A stretch of DNA of 64,000 bases from Eledone cirrhosa (GCA_964016885.1 OZ024743.1:79918001-79982000), one strand, 5' to 3'; positions 29,515-44,412 are shown, counted from the stretch's first letter. A program made the numbers and translations. Notes: generated by a model not told the origin, from the sequence alone.

Positions 29515-29745
29515 TTGTTAGTTGTCGAGACACTGCATCCTTTAAAACTTCCATGCTTCCTGAGATTCGCCAACACTACACCTGATGCCCCCCACCCTCC
29601 TTACACACGCACAATTGTATTTCATGACTCGTACACTGTTCATTTTCCTGACGTTTGAACATTATTCTATGTACTATACATGCACTTTTGATGAGTTATA
29701 GTGCACCTGAGCACTGTACACAATAATTTTATTATTATTATTATA
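29513..29745 (+). mobile_element. CR1-like LINE 3' end fragment
   Basis: VVSCRDTASFKTSMLPEIRQHYT-stop, then a 3'UTR with GTGCACCTGAGCAC hairpin and (ATT)n tail. Confidence 0.55.
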
Positions 29746-29751
29746 AACATA

Positions 29752-29950
29752 GGGCGGTGGATTGGCAGTATCGGTAGAGGGTCGGACGCCATGCTTTCCA
29801 GCATAGTTACGTCCCTTTACGATCTGAGTTCAAATCCCGCCGAGGTTGACTTTGCCTTTCATCCTTACGGGGTCGATAAAATAAAGTACCAGTAATGCAC
29901 TGGGTAATTGCTGGCTGGCCTGGTGCCTAAAGTAGAAACAATTATTATTA
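29752..29950 (+). mobile_element. tRNA-derived SINE
   Basis: A box, B box GAGTTCAAATCC, conserved central domain, (ATT)n tail. Confidence 0.9.
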
Positions 29951-30259
29951 TAAACATATTTCATTCTGCTCAAACCCAACCGCTTTATATAACTCTCTAT
30001 TATTTCATTTCAAACACACAAACAGGCGATCACTCTCCCACTCCCTCTCCTTCACTTCCTCTCACTTTTTCTTTATCTATCCATCCACGATTTAACTCTT
30101 TCGTTCTCTCTCTCTCTCTTTACGTCCCTCTCTCTCCCTATCTATCCATCTATCTACTTATCTCTATCTCTCTCTCTCCATCTCTATCATCTATCAATCT
30201 ATCTATCTATTAATCTGTCTCTCTCTATCTGTCACTCACTATCTACCTATCTATCTACC

Positions 30260-33200
30260 TCCACCTCAAAATGATTAAGGCCCCAAAGGACACTTATAAA
30301 ATTCTAAAAGACAACTTTAAAGAGAACGTGCCCCCCCCTCCGCGTCGGGCCCATTAACCGCGTCCTCCTATAAAAACTACCCCACCCCCTCCCCAAACAA
30401 CAATACAACTCCAAACACCCCAACCACACAACACACTGATGCCCCTACACTTCCACAAACCACCACCCCACCCAACAACCAATCCCCCACCCTCATGGAA
30501 ATTGTGCGGCCCGATACCCGGGACGCAGAGAGGTAAGTGCCTTTTCTCTTCACTACCAACATGGCTATGCTAAGAGTAGGCTGTCTAAATGCGCGTGGCC
30601 TGGGCTCAACTTGGTAGCAAGCAATGCTTCTAAATGACCTCAGGTCACAACGTATAGATGTGATGGTTATTTGCGAGGCCCGGATCAGCAACGTGCGACA
30701 GCTGGCCCCCCACCTTTGATGACTTTGAGATGCACGCATCTCTCTGTGAGCCCGGAGGTGGGGGTGGGGTGGTCGTTCTGCTGCAAAAACATCTGGGTCT
30801 CGCAACACAGACGGTACATTTGGACCCGGAGGGTCGACTAGTGGTTCTGGACCTTGGCAGTGGTGAAGGCGGAGCGTTTAGGTTGGTAGCCGCCTACGGC
30901 CCTTTCAGGTCAATGCGGCCGGACTTCTTCCATCGTCTGGAGACTTTTCTAGGGACGTCCCGCTCCTTGCTATTAGTGGGAGACTGGAATGGTATCCTAG
31001 ATGCACGCTGGGACTACGTAGGGGCCTGTCCCAATAGAGAGGGGTGTAATAGCCTCAAAGGGTTAATCGGTCGATTTGACCTGGCCGATAGATATCGACT
31101 AGATATTCCGACTGCGCCAACCTGGACTTGGGCAAATCTTAGCGGATAATCTAGGTCGTACCTAGATAGGTTCTTAGTTAGAAATAAGGATAAGGACTTT
31201 TTAAGTTGTCCAAAAATGAGCACGGTTGGCTATTCAGACCACAAGTTAGTGACCTGCATGTTCAACCTTGACAGAACGCATAGACAGGGACCTGGTTACT
31301 GGAAGCTCAACTTGTCCTTACCGGCAAGTAAGGCTTACAGGGACCGGATTAGCACTTTAGTTAAGGAGCTGTTGACGGGCGCCATCGTCAACAGCAGGTG
31401 GTGGGGATCTCTCAAAAGAGAGATTAGAGTAGTCTCTATAGAATTTAGTAAGGAGTTAGCCTCAAATAGAAATAGGAAGGAAAGGGAGCTGGTAGATAGT
31501 GTAGAAGAGGCAATTAGAAGCGGCGACGTGGCCAGAGTGCTAGCGTCGAGAACGGCCCTGGGCCAGTTCTTCGACGCGAAACACGAAGGCTGCATCGTCC
31601 GAAGCAAAAATACGTGCTCTGGGAAACGAGGGGACCAAAGCTGTTAGCTGGACCCGCGTGACAGAAGCCAAAAGAGGGAGCAGATCCACTATCCGGTCTT
31701 TGCGAGACCAGGATGGACGGGTGATCCTTGAACCTAAGCAAATGTGCGAGGCTTTTCAAAAGTACCTTGCCGGATTGTTCGGAAGGGGCGGGGAGCCGTT
31801 TGAGGATGTGGACTTCGGTCGATACCTCGACGGCCTGCCGCGTCTCTCGGACAGGGAGGCGAAGTCCTGCGAGGAGCCGATTTCAGCCGCTGAGATAGTG
31901 GATGTGCTGAGCCTATGCGGCAAACGCAAATCCCCGGGTCTCGATGGTCTTCCATACGAACTGTATCTAGCTATGCCGGACTTGTTCCCCGATCTCCTCG
32001 AGGCGGTCTACTGCAACTGGCAACAGAACGGGAGAATTCCCTGTGCTGTGACCAAGGGCGTAGTCACGCTAGTGAGGAAGGACGAGAACAAGGGGGACGA
32101 TATAAATAATTTCAGGTCCATAACTCTGCTAAATACACTAAATACAGAGTTACAGATTTTGGACAAGGTGCTAGCAAAGAGGTTGACGCTTGTCGTGGGC
32201 AACCTGGTGGGAGATGCGCAGACATGTGCTATCCCGTCCAGGTCAATCCACGATAACCCCCACCTCATGCGATACATCATAGAGAGGGTTGGGAACGAAC
32301 CCGGCTTTGGTGGGGCCCTGATCAACTTGGATCAATCTAAGGCGTTCGATAGGGTCGACCATGGTTATCTGGATGCGGTGCTAGCGGCGGCAGGATTCGG
32401 ACCCGTTTTCAGGGGCTGGATCAATGCCATGCACAGCAGCCGCATCTGCTCTAGGGTTAAGGTGAACGGCTACCTCTCGGAGCCGTTCGAAATCGCGCGC
32501 TCCATCCGACAAGGGTGCCCTCTCTCCTCCCTTCTCTATGTAATGACTCTAGAGCCACTGCTGCGGAAGTTGGAGTTGTTGCAGGGCATCCCGTTGGAAC
32601 TGGGATTGCGGAAAGCGGTGTCGGCCTACGCCGACGACGTAAGAGTAATTGTGTCGACAGCCTTGGAAATCGGGGCGATCGGCACCTTACTGGAGGAGTA
32701 CGAAAGGTTTACAGGGGCTAAGCTGAACCGGGGCAAGGCGATCGGTCTGCAACTCGGCACGTGAATGGGCAGATCGATGCCCTCCAATGGCGTCGTCGTG
32801 CGCTGGATGGAGGGCCCGGTGAAGTTGCTCGGGGTCTGGTTCGGACCAGACCTCCAGGTGGAGAAGAACTGGGGTGAGGTAACGAACAGGGTGTTTGCAC
32901 TGACCCAGAAGTGGGCCGAGTGCAAACTGTCCCTGAAAGGTCGGGCGGATGTGGCGAACACTTATATAGCGTCCGTCATCTAATACCGCCTGACCGTTGT
33001 GCCTTGACCAAGGGAAACGCTCGCTAAAATGGAGGGCGCACTCTTCCAATTCCTTTGGAAGAAGCGTGCTCCTATGGTGAGGAGATCCATTTGCTGTCAA
33101 CACCCTTCGAAAGGAGGGCTGGGGATGCCGTGGCTGATGATACGTAAAGACGCATTAAGGCTACGGCACCTCCAGGTATTCCTCACCGGTCAACCGGTGT

Positions 33201-34275
33201 GGGCCCCGTTTGTGAGGCGAGCCTTTCCCAGACTCGTCTCATTCACCGAGCTGCAATCCTGAGTCAAGCAAAGACCGAGAAAACTGGGCGCCTGGCACAC
33301 CGAGTGTGCCCAGGCGCTCACGGCTCTCTGGCAGGCGGACCCGACTGTCAGTGGAGAATCCACCTCGTCATTCTATAGAGGGCTGGTGGTTAGCAGGTGC
33401 GACGACGCCCTCGGAGAAGCCCTAGGCATGGAGGAAGACGAACTGGACAACCTGTTCGGTAGGACATTCAGTCCGGGACCCATGTATAACTTCCAGAGGT
33501 CCCTGGCCTGGCAGTACTACCGAGGGGCTCTGCCCGTTCGAGAAAGGCTCTACAGACCCGGGCGCCCGGGAAGGGACCCCTCGAAAAAGATCTGTCCCAG
33601 ATACGTGTGCGACGAGGAAACCGTTGCACACGCTTTGGTACACTGCTCGGGCATTGCCGATCTGTGGGGCTATGTCGAACAACTGCTGTCAAGGGTGGGA
33701 CTGATTCGGTTGACCACCGAGTCTATTGTAACGATCAAGCCGCCTCCCCTCTTCAAAAACGAAGGAGAGGCGGTGTTTCTGTTCGTAATAGCCATGGCGA
33801 AAGAGGTTGTATGGTAGACGCGTCTGAAAGGACCGAGGTCAGACATCTTTCTCTCTGGCCAACAACTGGTCCGTTTCTTCCGATATAATTTCGGAAGAAG
33901 GATCAGGATGGAGAGAGAGGTGCTGCACCCCAGCAGTTTTTATGAAAGATGGGTGAAAGTGGCGAGAATGGCCCGTGTGAATGGGCCTTCACTCTACATC
34001 AGACTATAGGTGAGGAAGATGAAAGACCAAGGGAGCCCCTCTCTGTGCTTCTGAGGAGAAGGGTTGCACACTTTTTTTCGGGGTTGTGTGCGACGCCCCA
34101 AGGCGCCTTCTCCCTACTGAGGATTTTGTTACAAAATTTATTTTGTTATATTTTATCTTATTTTTATACTTTTATTTCTTGTTATTGCCTCCTCCATATT
34201 GAGGACGCCTTTGCATGTAAACTCCCCTCTTTGTACTTTTCCCACTTTATGCCCTGGTGGCAAATAAAAAGAAAG

Positions 34276-34276
<1 letters not shown>
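30260..34276 (+). mobile_element. Tx1 LINE copy C (5'-truncated in ORF1; ORF2 30561-34009 disrupted)
   Basis: Collinear with copy I; several stops and frameshifts; AATAAA then (TATC)n; TATC-like tract at the 5' junction. Confidence 0.95.
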
Positions 34277-34366
<90 letters not shown>

Positions 34367-34383
34367 ATCTGTCTATCTATCTC

Positions 34384-34434
<51 letters not shown>

Positions 34435-34436
<2 letters not shown>

Positions 34437-34790
34437 GGAAGAAGAATCAGGATGGAGAGAGAGGTGCTGTACCCCAGCAAGTTTTATGAAAGGTGGGTGA
34501 AAGTGGCGAGAATGGCCCCAGTGAATGGGCCTTCTCTCTATATCAGCCTGTAGGTTGAGGAAAGGAGGAGGAGAGGAAAGGAGTACAAACTCTTCGTACT
34601 CCTGGAGATGAGGGTTGCACATTTTTTAGGGTGTATGTGTTACCTATATGAACTGTCTCCCCCTATTGGGGAAAATCGACTAATTATTTAAATTGCATTT
34701 GTGATAACATTTTACACGTTTTTATTGTATGTAAACTTCCCCTTTTGTATTTGTCCCTTCTTTTGTGCCCCTGTGACTAATAAAGAAACA
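34435..34790 (+). mobile_element. Tx1 copy D, 3'-terminal ~355 bp, between (TATC)n tracts
   Basis: Highly similar to the reverse complement of 44413-44768. Confidence 0.92.
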
Positions 34791-34839
<49 letters not shown>

Positions 34840-35135
34840 CTCCACATTTCTTCCTATGTAACTTCTGATGATCTTCCTGTTCAAAAGTTCCTATTCTTGG
34901 TGTTGTTATTGCTGTTGTTGCTTTCAAATATTTTCCTTGCTTGATGTTTATTTATGATAATAGATTGCTGTTATTTTTTCTCTACTAATCAGGTAATTCT
35001 ATTTGAAATTTCATGCAGTTATCCTCAGCTAATGAATAATTCTTCCATATTGACTGATGTGAAAACCTCGCACGAAACCTCCACTCAGACGATTCAAACA
35101 AATTGATAACGCTTCTTAGTTATATGTATATGTGT

Positions 35136-35317
<182 letters not shown>

Positions 35318-35340
35318 CTGTGTGTGTGTGTGTGTGTGTT

Positions 35341-35476
35341 AAAGTAATACGACTGTGTTTGTGCATCTCTGTACTTGGCTTGTCTATTCTTGAAATATAC
35401 ATATATATATATATATGTATATTTCAAGAATAGACAAGCCAAGTACAGAGATGCACAAACACAGTCGTATTACTTT
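35341..35476. repeat. Perfect ~60-bp inverted repeat around a (TA)n core
   Basis: 35341-35400 is the reverse complement of 35417-35476. Confidence 0.88.
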
Positions 35477-35493
35477 ATATATATATATACATG

Positions 35494-35534
<41 letters not shown>

Positions 35535-35597
35535 GCCTATATATATATATATATATGCCTATATATATATATATATATACTTATATATATGCCTGTA

Positions 35598-35631
<34 letters not shown>

Positions 35632-35663
35632 CGTGTGTGCCTGTATATATATATATATATATA

Positions 35664-35740
<77 letters not shown>

Positions 35741-35858
35741 CTATGGCCTTCATGTGAAATTACATTAGCCGTTTCCATATGCAATTTTATAAGATTCTCC
35801 ATTCAATATCAGCACTTTAGTTGCTAGATTAGATTCATTGATTCCAATGAAAATTTGC

Positions 35859-35953
<95 letters not shown>

Positions 35954-35991
35954 GAGGGAGGGAGAGAGGGAGGGAGGGGGGGGGGGAGAGA

Positions 35992-36026
<35 letters not shown>

Positions 36027-36354
36027 GTACGTTATATAATCACGTAGCTCATAGATAAATTATTTGAATGAGAAATCAACTGTGTGATAGGTTATCGATT
36101 TTGTGTTAAACTGTGATAGGTTTTTCTATACAAAACCTTGATAATATATAATTGCAGTTAACAGGTGTTGTGCAAGAGTGGGTTTCTAGAGGTCTCCCTT
36201 GTGTAATACTGATTATTAGGAAGGTAACTATAACATGTATATTGTATAGGAAGGCAACTGTAACATGTATATTGTACTGGTGACATATGTAGGACTTACA
36301 TAGACTTGTCTCGGTTAGAAACACCTGTATGTGTTTATACATTGGTGTATATAT

Positions 36355-38250
36355 ACGGTTGGGTGTCTACTGTGTGTGTGTTGGTGTGTGTGTAGTGTGT
36401 CGGTGTGTGTGTGTACTGTGTGTGTGTTGGTGTGTGAGTAGTGTGTGTGTAGTGTGTGTCTAGTGTGTGTGTGTTGGTGTGTGTAGTGTGTGTGTGTCGG
36501 TGTGTCTGTAGTTTGTGTGTTGGTGTGTGTGTTGGTGTGTGTTGGTGTGTGTCTCGGTGTGTGTGTAGTGTGTCGGTGTGTCTGTACTGTGTATGTGTTG
36601 GTGTGTGTGTAGTGTGTGTGTGTTGGTGTGTGTGTTGTGTGTCGGTGTGTTGGTGTGTGCGTAGTGTGTGTAGTGTGTGTGTGTCGGTGTGTGTGTTGGT
36701 GTGTGTGTAGTGTGTGTGTGTTGGTGTGTGTGTAGTGTGTGTAGTGTGTGTGTGTCGGTGTGTGTGTAGTGTGTGTGTGTCGGTGTGTGTGTCTGTCGGT
36801 GTGTGTGTATAGTGTGTGTGTTGGTGTGTGTGAAGTGTTTGTGTGTTGGTGTGTGTGTAGTGTGTGTGTCGGTGTGTGTGTAGTGTGTGTGTGTCCGTGT
36901 GTGAGTAGTGTGTGTGTGTTGGTGTGTGTGTAATGTGTGTGTGTTGGTGTGTGTGCGTCGGTGTGTGTGCGTCGGTGTGTGTGTAGTGTGTGTGTTGGTG
37001 TGTGTGTAGTGTGTGTGTGTTGGTGTGTGTGTAATGTGTCTGTGTTGGCGTGTGTGTAGTTTGTGTGTGTTGGTGTGTGTGTAGTGTATGTGTAGTGTGT
37101 GTGCGTGTTGGTGTGTGTGTAGTGTGTGTGTGTTGGTGTGTGTGTAGTTTGTGTGTGTTGGAGTGTGTGTAGTGTGTGTGTGTCGGTGTGTTTGTAGTGT
37201 GTGTGTGTTGTTGTGTGTGTAGTATGTGTGTGTCGGTGTGTGTGTAGTGTGCCGGTGTGTGTGTAGTGTGTGTGTGTGTGTCGGTGTGTGTAGTGTGTGT
37301 GTGTGTTGGTGTGTGTGTAATGTGTGTTGGTGTGTGTGTATGTAGTGTGTGTGTGTCGGTGTGTGTGTATGTAGTGTGTGTGTGTCGGTGTGTGTGTAGA
37401 GTGTGTGTTGGTGTGTGTGTAGTGTGTGTGTGTCAGTGTGTGTGTAGTGTGTGTGGGTGTGTGTGTAGTGTGTGTGTGTCGGTGTATGTAGTGTGTGTGT
37501 CGGTGTATGTGTAGTGTGTATGTCGGTGTGTGTGTGGTGTGTGTGTGTCGTAGTGTGTGTAGTGTGTGTGTGTTTGTGTGTGTGTAGTGTGTGTGTGTTT
37601 GTGTGTGTGTAGTGTGTGTGTGTTGGTGTGTGTGTAGTGTGTGTGTGACGTTGTGTGTGTAGTGTGTGTGTTGGTGTGCGTGTAGTGTGTCGGTGTGTGT
37701 GTAGTGTGTGTGTGTCGGTGTGTGTGTAGTGTGTGTGTGTCGGTGTGTGTGTAGTGTGTGTGTGTCGGTGTGCGTGTAGTGTGTGTCTGTCGGTGTGTGT
37801 GTATAGTGTGTGTGTGTTGGTGTGTGTGAAGTGTGTGTTTGTCGGTGTCTGTGTAATGTGTTTGTTTTTGTGTGTGTAGTGTGTGTGTTGGTGTGTGTGT
37901 AGTGTGTGTGTATCGGTGTGTGTAGTGTGTGTGTGTCGGTGTGTGTGTAGTGTGTTGGTGTGTGTGTAGTGTGCCGGTGTGTGTGTAGTGTGTGTGTGTG
38001 TCGGTGTGTGTAGTGTGTGTGTGTTGGTGTGTGTGTAATGTGTGTTGGTGTTTGTGTAGTGTGTATGTGTCGGTGTGTGTGTAGAGTGTGTGTTGGTGTG
38101 TGTGTAGTGTGTGTGTGTCGGTGTGTGTGTGTAGTGTGTGTGTTTGTCGGTGTGTGTGTAATGTGTGTTTGTTGGTGTGTGTGTAGTGTGTGTGTTGGTG
38201 TGTGTGTAGTGTGTGTTTTGGTGTGTATGTAGTGAGTGTGTGTCGGTGTG
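36355..38250. repeat. Degenerate (GT)n-based satellite with TAG and TCG/TTG interruptions
   Basis: About 1.9 kb of GTGTGTAGT / GTGTCGGT / GTGTTGGT units. Confidence 0.92.
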
Positions 38251-38426
38251 TAGGACTGTGGCGTATGTGTGTGGGTGTGTCTTTAGGGGAGGAGGCAGTA
38301 AAGGCCGAATTAGGGAGTGCATTCTTGTACACATTCTCTTCTCTTTCTCTCTTACACATTCAGACATGCACACACACACCCGCGCACATACATACATACA
38401 GACATACATACATATATATATATATA

Positions 38427-38488
<62 letters not shown>

Positions 38489-38586
38489 TATGCATACACA
38501 CACAAACACACGCACGCACACCCCAAATATATATATATATATATATATAAATATATATATAGAGAGCAGAGAGATAGATAGATATA

Positions 38587-41500
38587 TTTCTTTATTAGCC
38601 ACAAGGGCGCACAAGAAAAGGGGACAATTCAAAGACATGCCGGGCATCTTACATACAGTCGTGTAAAAAATATATAAACAAACAATTACAACAATCGAAG
38701 TCCCCAATAGGGGAGAGGCGCCACAAATGGGTTAGAACAATCGTCAACTCCAGTAGCATGTTGTGCAAGTGCTCTCTTCTTCCCTTTGCTCTCTTCCTCA
38801 ACCTACAGGCTTATAAACAGAGAAGGCCCAATCACTCGGGCCATTTTCGCTTCATTCACCCACCTTTCAGTAAATTTCCTGGGGTGCAGTGCCTCTCTCT
38901 CCACTCTGATTATCCTTCTACAGTGATACTTAAAGAAGGGAATCAATTGTTGCCCGGAGAGAAAGGCATCTATCCTCAGTCCTCTCAATCTCGTCCACCA
39001 CATAACTTCTTTCGTTTTTGAAAGAGGCTGGCGGTTTGATTCTTACTATGGACTGGGCAGTCAACTGGATTTGTCACATACGCGACAGCAGTTGTTCTGC
39101 ATAGTTCCACAGGTCGGTTACGCCCGGGCAGTGTACAATTGCGTGCAGGACTGTTTCAATGTCCTGCACGCATCTTGGACACGTCCTCTTGGAAGGATCC
39201 CTGCCGGGGCGTCCGTGCCTGTAGATCTTGTCACGAACCGGTAGAGCTCCTCGGTATAACTGCCATGCCAGGGACCTCTGGAAGTTGTCCATAGGTCCCG
39301 GGCAGAAAGTTCTACCAAACAGACTGGTGAGCTCATCATCTTCGACGCCCAGAGTCTCTGCGGGCACGTCGTCGCCCTTGTAACGTACAATCCCTCTATA
39401 GAATGTCGAAGTGGAGTCTCCACTGATTGCTGCGACCGCTTACCAGAGGACTGTGAGCGCCTGAGCGCATTCAATGAGCCAGGCGCCCATCGTTTTCCGT
39501 CTTTTCTTGACCCAGGACTGCAGCACCGTCAGCGAGACGAGCTGTGGGAAAGCCTGTCTCACAAACGGTGCCCACACCGGTTGGAGGTCGGTGAGGAATA
39601 CCTGAAGATGCCGCAGCCTCAGTGCATGTTTGCGCATCATCAGCCACGGCATTCCCAGCCCTCCGTTGGAAGGGTGCTGACAGCAGACGGATCTCCTCAC
39701 CAGCGGAGCCTGCTTCTTCCACAGAAACAGGAAGAGCATGCGTTCCATCTTGGCGAGGTGTTCACGGGGACAAGGCACGACCTGTCAAGGACAGTTTGCA
39801 TTCTACCCACTTCTGGGTGAGTGCAAACACCTTCGCCGTGACCTTGTTCCAGCTTTTCTCAACTTGGAGGTCTGGACCGAATCAGACCCCGAGCAATTTC
39901 ACCGGTCCGTCCTTCCAGCGTCCAACGACGCTGTCGGACGTCATCGGGTTGCCTCTCCACGTACCAAGTTTCAAACCGACAGACTTGTTCGGGTTTAGTT
40001 TTGCTCCCGTCAGCGTTTCGTATTCTTTCAGTAAGTTGATTTCCGAGGTGCTCGACACCATTACGGTCACGTCGTCGGCATAAGCCGACGCCGCTTTGCG
40101 CAGTCCCGGTTCTAGAGGGATGCCCTGCAACAGCTCCAATTTCCGCAGTAGTGGCTCTAGAGTCAATACATACAGAATGGAGGAGAGAGGGCACCGCTGT
40201 CGAATGGAACGCGTGATTGCGAACGGCTCCGATAGGTAGCCGTTCACCTTGACCCTCGAGCAGATGCTGGTGTGCATCGCCTCGATCCAGCCTCTGAACA
40301 CGGGACCGAAACCGACCGCCTTGAGAACCGCTTCCAAGTATCGATGGTCGACCCTATCGAATGCCTTAGACTGATACAAATTGATCAGAGCCCACCGAAG
40401 CCGGGTTTACTACCCACCCTCTCCATGATGTATCGCATGAGGTGGAGGTTGTTGTGTATGGACCTGGTCGGGATTGCACACGTTTGCGCTTTCCCTACCA
40501 GGTTCTCGACGACAAGCGCCAACCTCGTCGCTAGCACCTCGGCCAAAATCTTTAACTCTGTGTTGAGCAGAGTTATGGGGCTAAAGTTGTTAATTTCGTG
40601 CCCCTTGTTCTCGTCTTTCCTGGTCAGCGTTACTAGGCCCTTGCCTGCAGAACTGGGAATTCTCCCTTCCAATCGCAGTAGACGGCTTCAGGGATGCCAG
40701 AGAACAAGTCCGGCATGCCTATGTAAAACTCGTAGGGTAGACCATCTAGACCGGGTGACTTGCGTTTCTCGCAGCGGCCCAGAGCGTCCCGTATCTCGGT
40801 GTCCGTGATCGGTCTTTCGCAAAACTCGGCGTCCGTGTTCGAGAGACGCGACAGGCCGTCGAGGTATGAACTAAAGTCCATTGCCCCGTCGTTCTGCTCA
40901 ACCAGTCGCTCAAAGTGCCGCTGAAAGGCCGCGCCATTTGCTTGGGGTCAAGTAGCACGCGTCCGTTTTGGTCTTTCAAAGACCGAATCGTGGATTTGTT
41001 GCCACTTTTTGCCTCCGCCACTCGGGCCCAGCTGACAGCTTTCGCCCCTTCGTTTCCTAGAGCACGTGTTTTGCTTCTGCCCACGCAGCCTTCGTGTTTC
41101 GCATCGAAGAACTGGTCCAGTGCCGTTCTCGACGCTAACACTCTAGCCGCGTTGCCACTTCTAAGTGCCTCCTCTACCTTGGCTACTTCTTCTCTTTCTA
41201 TTCTGTTTTTCTCTAAGGCTAACTCTCTGCTATACCCTATCGATTCTATTCTAATTGCTTTCTTGAGAGAGTACCACCATCTATTGTTGACGATGGCTCC
41301 CGTTAACTGTTGCTTGTCTAGTCTACTTATCCGTTCACTGTAAGCTTTACGTGCCGGCAACGACACGTTCAGCTTCCCGTATCCGGGTCCCTGTCTATGT
41401 ATTCTATCACGGTTGACTAAGAAGACGACTAACTTGTGATCTGAATAGGCAACCATGTGCATTCGTGGACAGCTTAACATCTTCTTGTCCCTTTATCTAA

Positions 41501-43721
41501 TGAAGAACCTATCTAAATACGATCTAGATGTCCCGCTGCGGTTTGCCCACGTCCACTGTGGTGCAGTCGGGAAATCCAGTTGATACCTATCGGCCAGTTG
41601 GAATTGGCCGATTAAAGTTTTGAAGCTGTTGCACACCGCTCTACTGGGACATGCTACCACATAGTCCCATCGTGCATCTAGGATACCATTCCAGTCCCCC
41701 ACTAAATGTAAGGAGCGCGACGTTCCCAGAAAAGATTCTAGACGCTTAAAGAAGTCTGGCCGTGATTGCGATTGCCCGGTCTGGACATAAACGGCCACCA
41801 GTCTGAAGGCTCCACCTCCAATACTGTTCACGTCTAGGACTACCAGTCTACCCTCCGGGTCCAAGTGTACTTGCTGTACTTCGACGTCCAGGTTCTTCCG
41901 AAACATGACAACCACTCCACCTCCACCTCCTGGCTGACAGAGAGATGGGTAGATCTCAAAGTCGTCGAAGATGGGGGTTAGTTGCTGCCTGTTGTGGATC
42001 CTGGACTCGGTGATGGCTATCACATCCATACTCTGTGACCTTAGGTAGTTTAAAAGTTGGCCCTGTTTCCAGGGCATCCCCAGGCCACTAACATTCACGG
42101 TTCCAACTCGTAAATTAGCCATGTTGGTGAAGAAAAGTTGGAGAAAAAGGACGAAAATGTGCACTTACCTTTTCGTTTCCTGGAGATCGGATTGTTCAAT
42201 TTCCATTTGAATGCTGGATGGGGTGTTGGGTGGGTGGGGAAATAGTTTAACAGGACGTGGTTGATGGGTTTCTGGCAGGGGTTGCCCACGTCCTGTGAAA
42301 ATTTATTTTTTAGGTCACTATAGGTCTCCATAGAAACCCTTATAAGTTTAAGGTGTGGAGACGATTCTGCCTTGACGAAAGTTTTGCCCTCCGTCTCCAC
42401 CTTGGGGTTTTGGGAGATGACCTCCATCAAACTCTTGTTGTTTGTGTTGATGTATGCGTATTGTTGTTTGTGTTTTTGTTGTGTTGTTTTAGTTTGTTGT
42501 TCGCCCGGGAGTTTTCTTTTTATGGTGGGTGCTTGTGTTTGGGGTGGTGCTGGTGTTGGTTTTGCTGATAGGGGGATGTTTGACTGTGGTGTTGTTTGTG
42601 TTGTTGTTTGTGTCTGTGGTTGTGTGTTGGTGTTGGTGATTGGAGTTTTGGGGGTTTTATGGTGTCTCTTTTTTTGTTTTTTAGATTTACGCGGCTCTTC
42701 CTCTTCTTCACTTAAAGAAGGAGAAGCAGCTTCATCCGTCGATGAATAATCATCGTCAGGTGTGTGGGGTATGGGTATGTTATGTGGTGGTGGTGTTTCG
42801 GTGTGTGTGTTTGTGGTAGTGTTTGATGGAATGGGATGGGGTGGGGCTGTGTTCTTCAAGGGTGTTGTCTCTGTTTCTTCTGTTGTTGTTGGTTGAGTGT
42901 CTGTTTGTTTTGGTGTGGTTGCTCGTTTCATCTGTCGTTGTACTTGTGGTGGTTGTGGTTGTTTTGGTGTTGGTGTTGGTAATAGTGTTTTTTTAATGAT
43001 GTTGTTGTGTGTTTTTGAAGGACAAGAGGATTTTAGGTGTGATTTTCTACCACAGCGAATGCAATGAAATGATCGTCCTATCGAAATGTTTATTTTGTTG
43101 TTATCATCGATGACGACTCTTTCGGGTATTTTGGAGATTCTCTCCGGCTTCATTTGCAACAGAATCTCCAAATCAGTACCCGCCCACCTTTGTCGAATAG
43201 ACTTTCGTATCGAAAGAATCATATCAGTTTCTGGCTCTACGAAGCCAGCCAAGATCCACCAGATGTTAATGTTTGGGGGTATATATATTTTTTTGTGTCC
43301 CTTTTCCCATGTATGTAGGGAAAAAGGTGAATGCTTTTGACACCATTGGTGTCACAGAATATTTTTGGGCGAGTGCCTCGCTTTTAAACAGTACAGAAAC
43401 ACTTCCGTATTGTTTTCCTCGTTGGAGAAAATCGATCTTTGCTAGAATTTCCTTGAAAGTAGCTTCTATATCTGCTTGACTATCAAATATCGGCTTTCTC
43501 GTGGAATTGGACACAGTCCTAAAGGTGACTGATCTTCGAACTGTGTTTTCCTTTATTTCAAGGGGTGAGTTAATTCTAAATCCACCTTTCTCTTCGAAAG
43601 TTACAAATGTTCTCCCTTGGTGGAGCATATCTCTTGCATTGGAGTTGTCAAGATTTATAAAATCTTGTTTTTTTGTTCACTGTTTCAGCGAAAGACATTT
43701 TCTTTTTTTGTGTGGTGTTGC

Positions 43722-43752
<31 letters not shown>

Positions 43753-44300
43753 ATCGTTGTCAGCCTCGGTGTTGGAAATCTCAGTTCCTTGACGAGATGA
43801 AACATTATGTGTAGATGTATCTGTGGAGTTGATGTCTTTTTCATGTGTATGTATGTTAATAGGTTTAATTTCTGTTTTCATGTGAGTTAGTGTTATTTTT
43901 CTCCGCTTCGACGGTAGAAATTGTACAATTTTCGAGTCGTAACATTTGTTCCGCTTTGTTGACAGTCGTATCTATGACGACGACCATAGTAGCAGAAGCA
44001 GATATAACGTTGAAATCTGCCTCTTTCTCTCTATTTTCCCTATTGACGTTCTCCAGCGTTCCCTTCGTATTATTCTTGTTTTATAGTTTGCAAAATTTGA
44101 TATTTTAAAACAATTTTTAAATTAAATTTTCGCCCCTAAAGGGGAGAAAATTGGGATTACCACCCAGCTGACAATTCAGCTTGGGGGATAATCTACAAAT
44201 TAATATGTTTTTCAAACAATTTGTTCTGTTTTTTGTATATAAATTTACAAATTGTATATAAATTTACAACAAATCTTACCGGCGATGTTTCACGCGTTAG
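38587..44300 (-). mobile_element. Tx1 LINE copy E, near full length, decayed (ORF1 ~43880-42165; ORF2 42122-38803)
   Basis: ORF1 knuckle CIRCGRKSHLKSSC; APE and RT fragments; AATAAA + (TATC) tail; 5' end abuts a GAAA/GATA tract. Confidence 0.93.
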
Positions 44301-44302
44301 AC

Positions 44303-44411
<109 letters not shown>

Positions 44412-44412
44412 T

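Noticed and set aside
34865-35070. CTGATG motifs as further hammerheads
   Set aside because: Stems and GAAA/NUH geometry could not be closed.
36460-38409. 649-aa His/Thr-rich ORF
   Set aside because: Translation of the CA-rich satellite strand, which lacks stops by composition.
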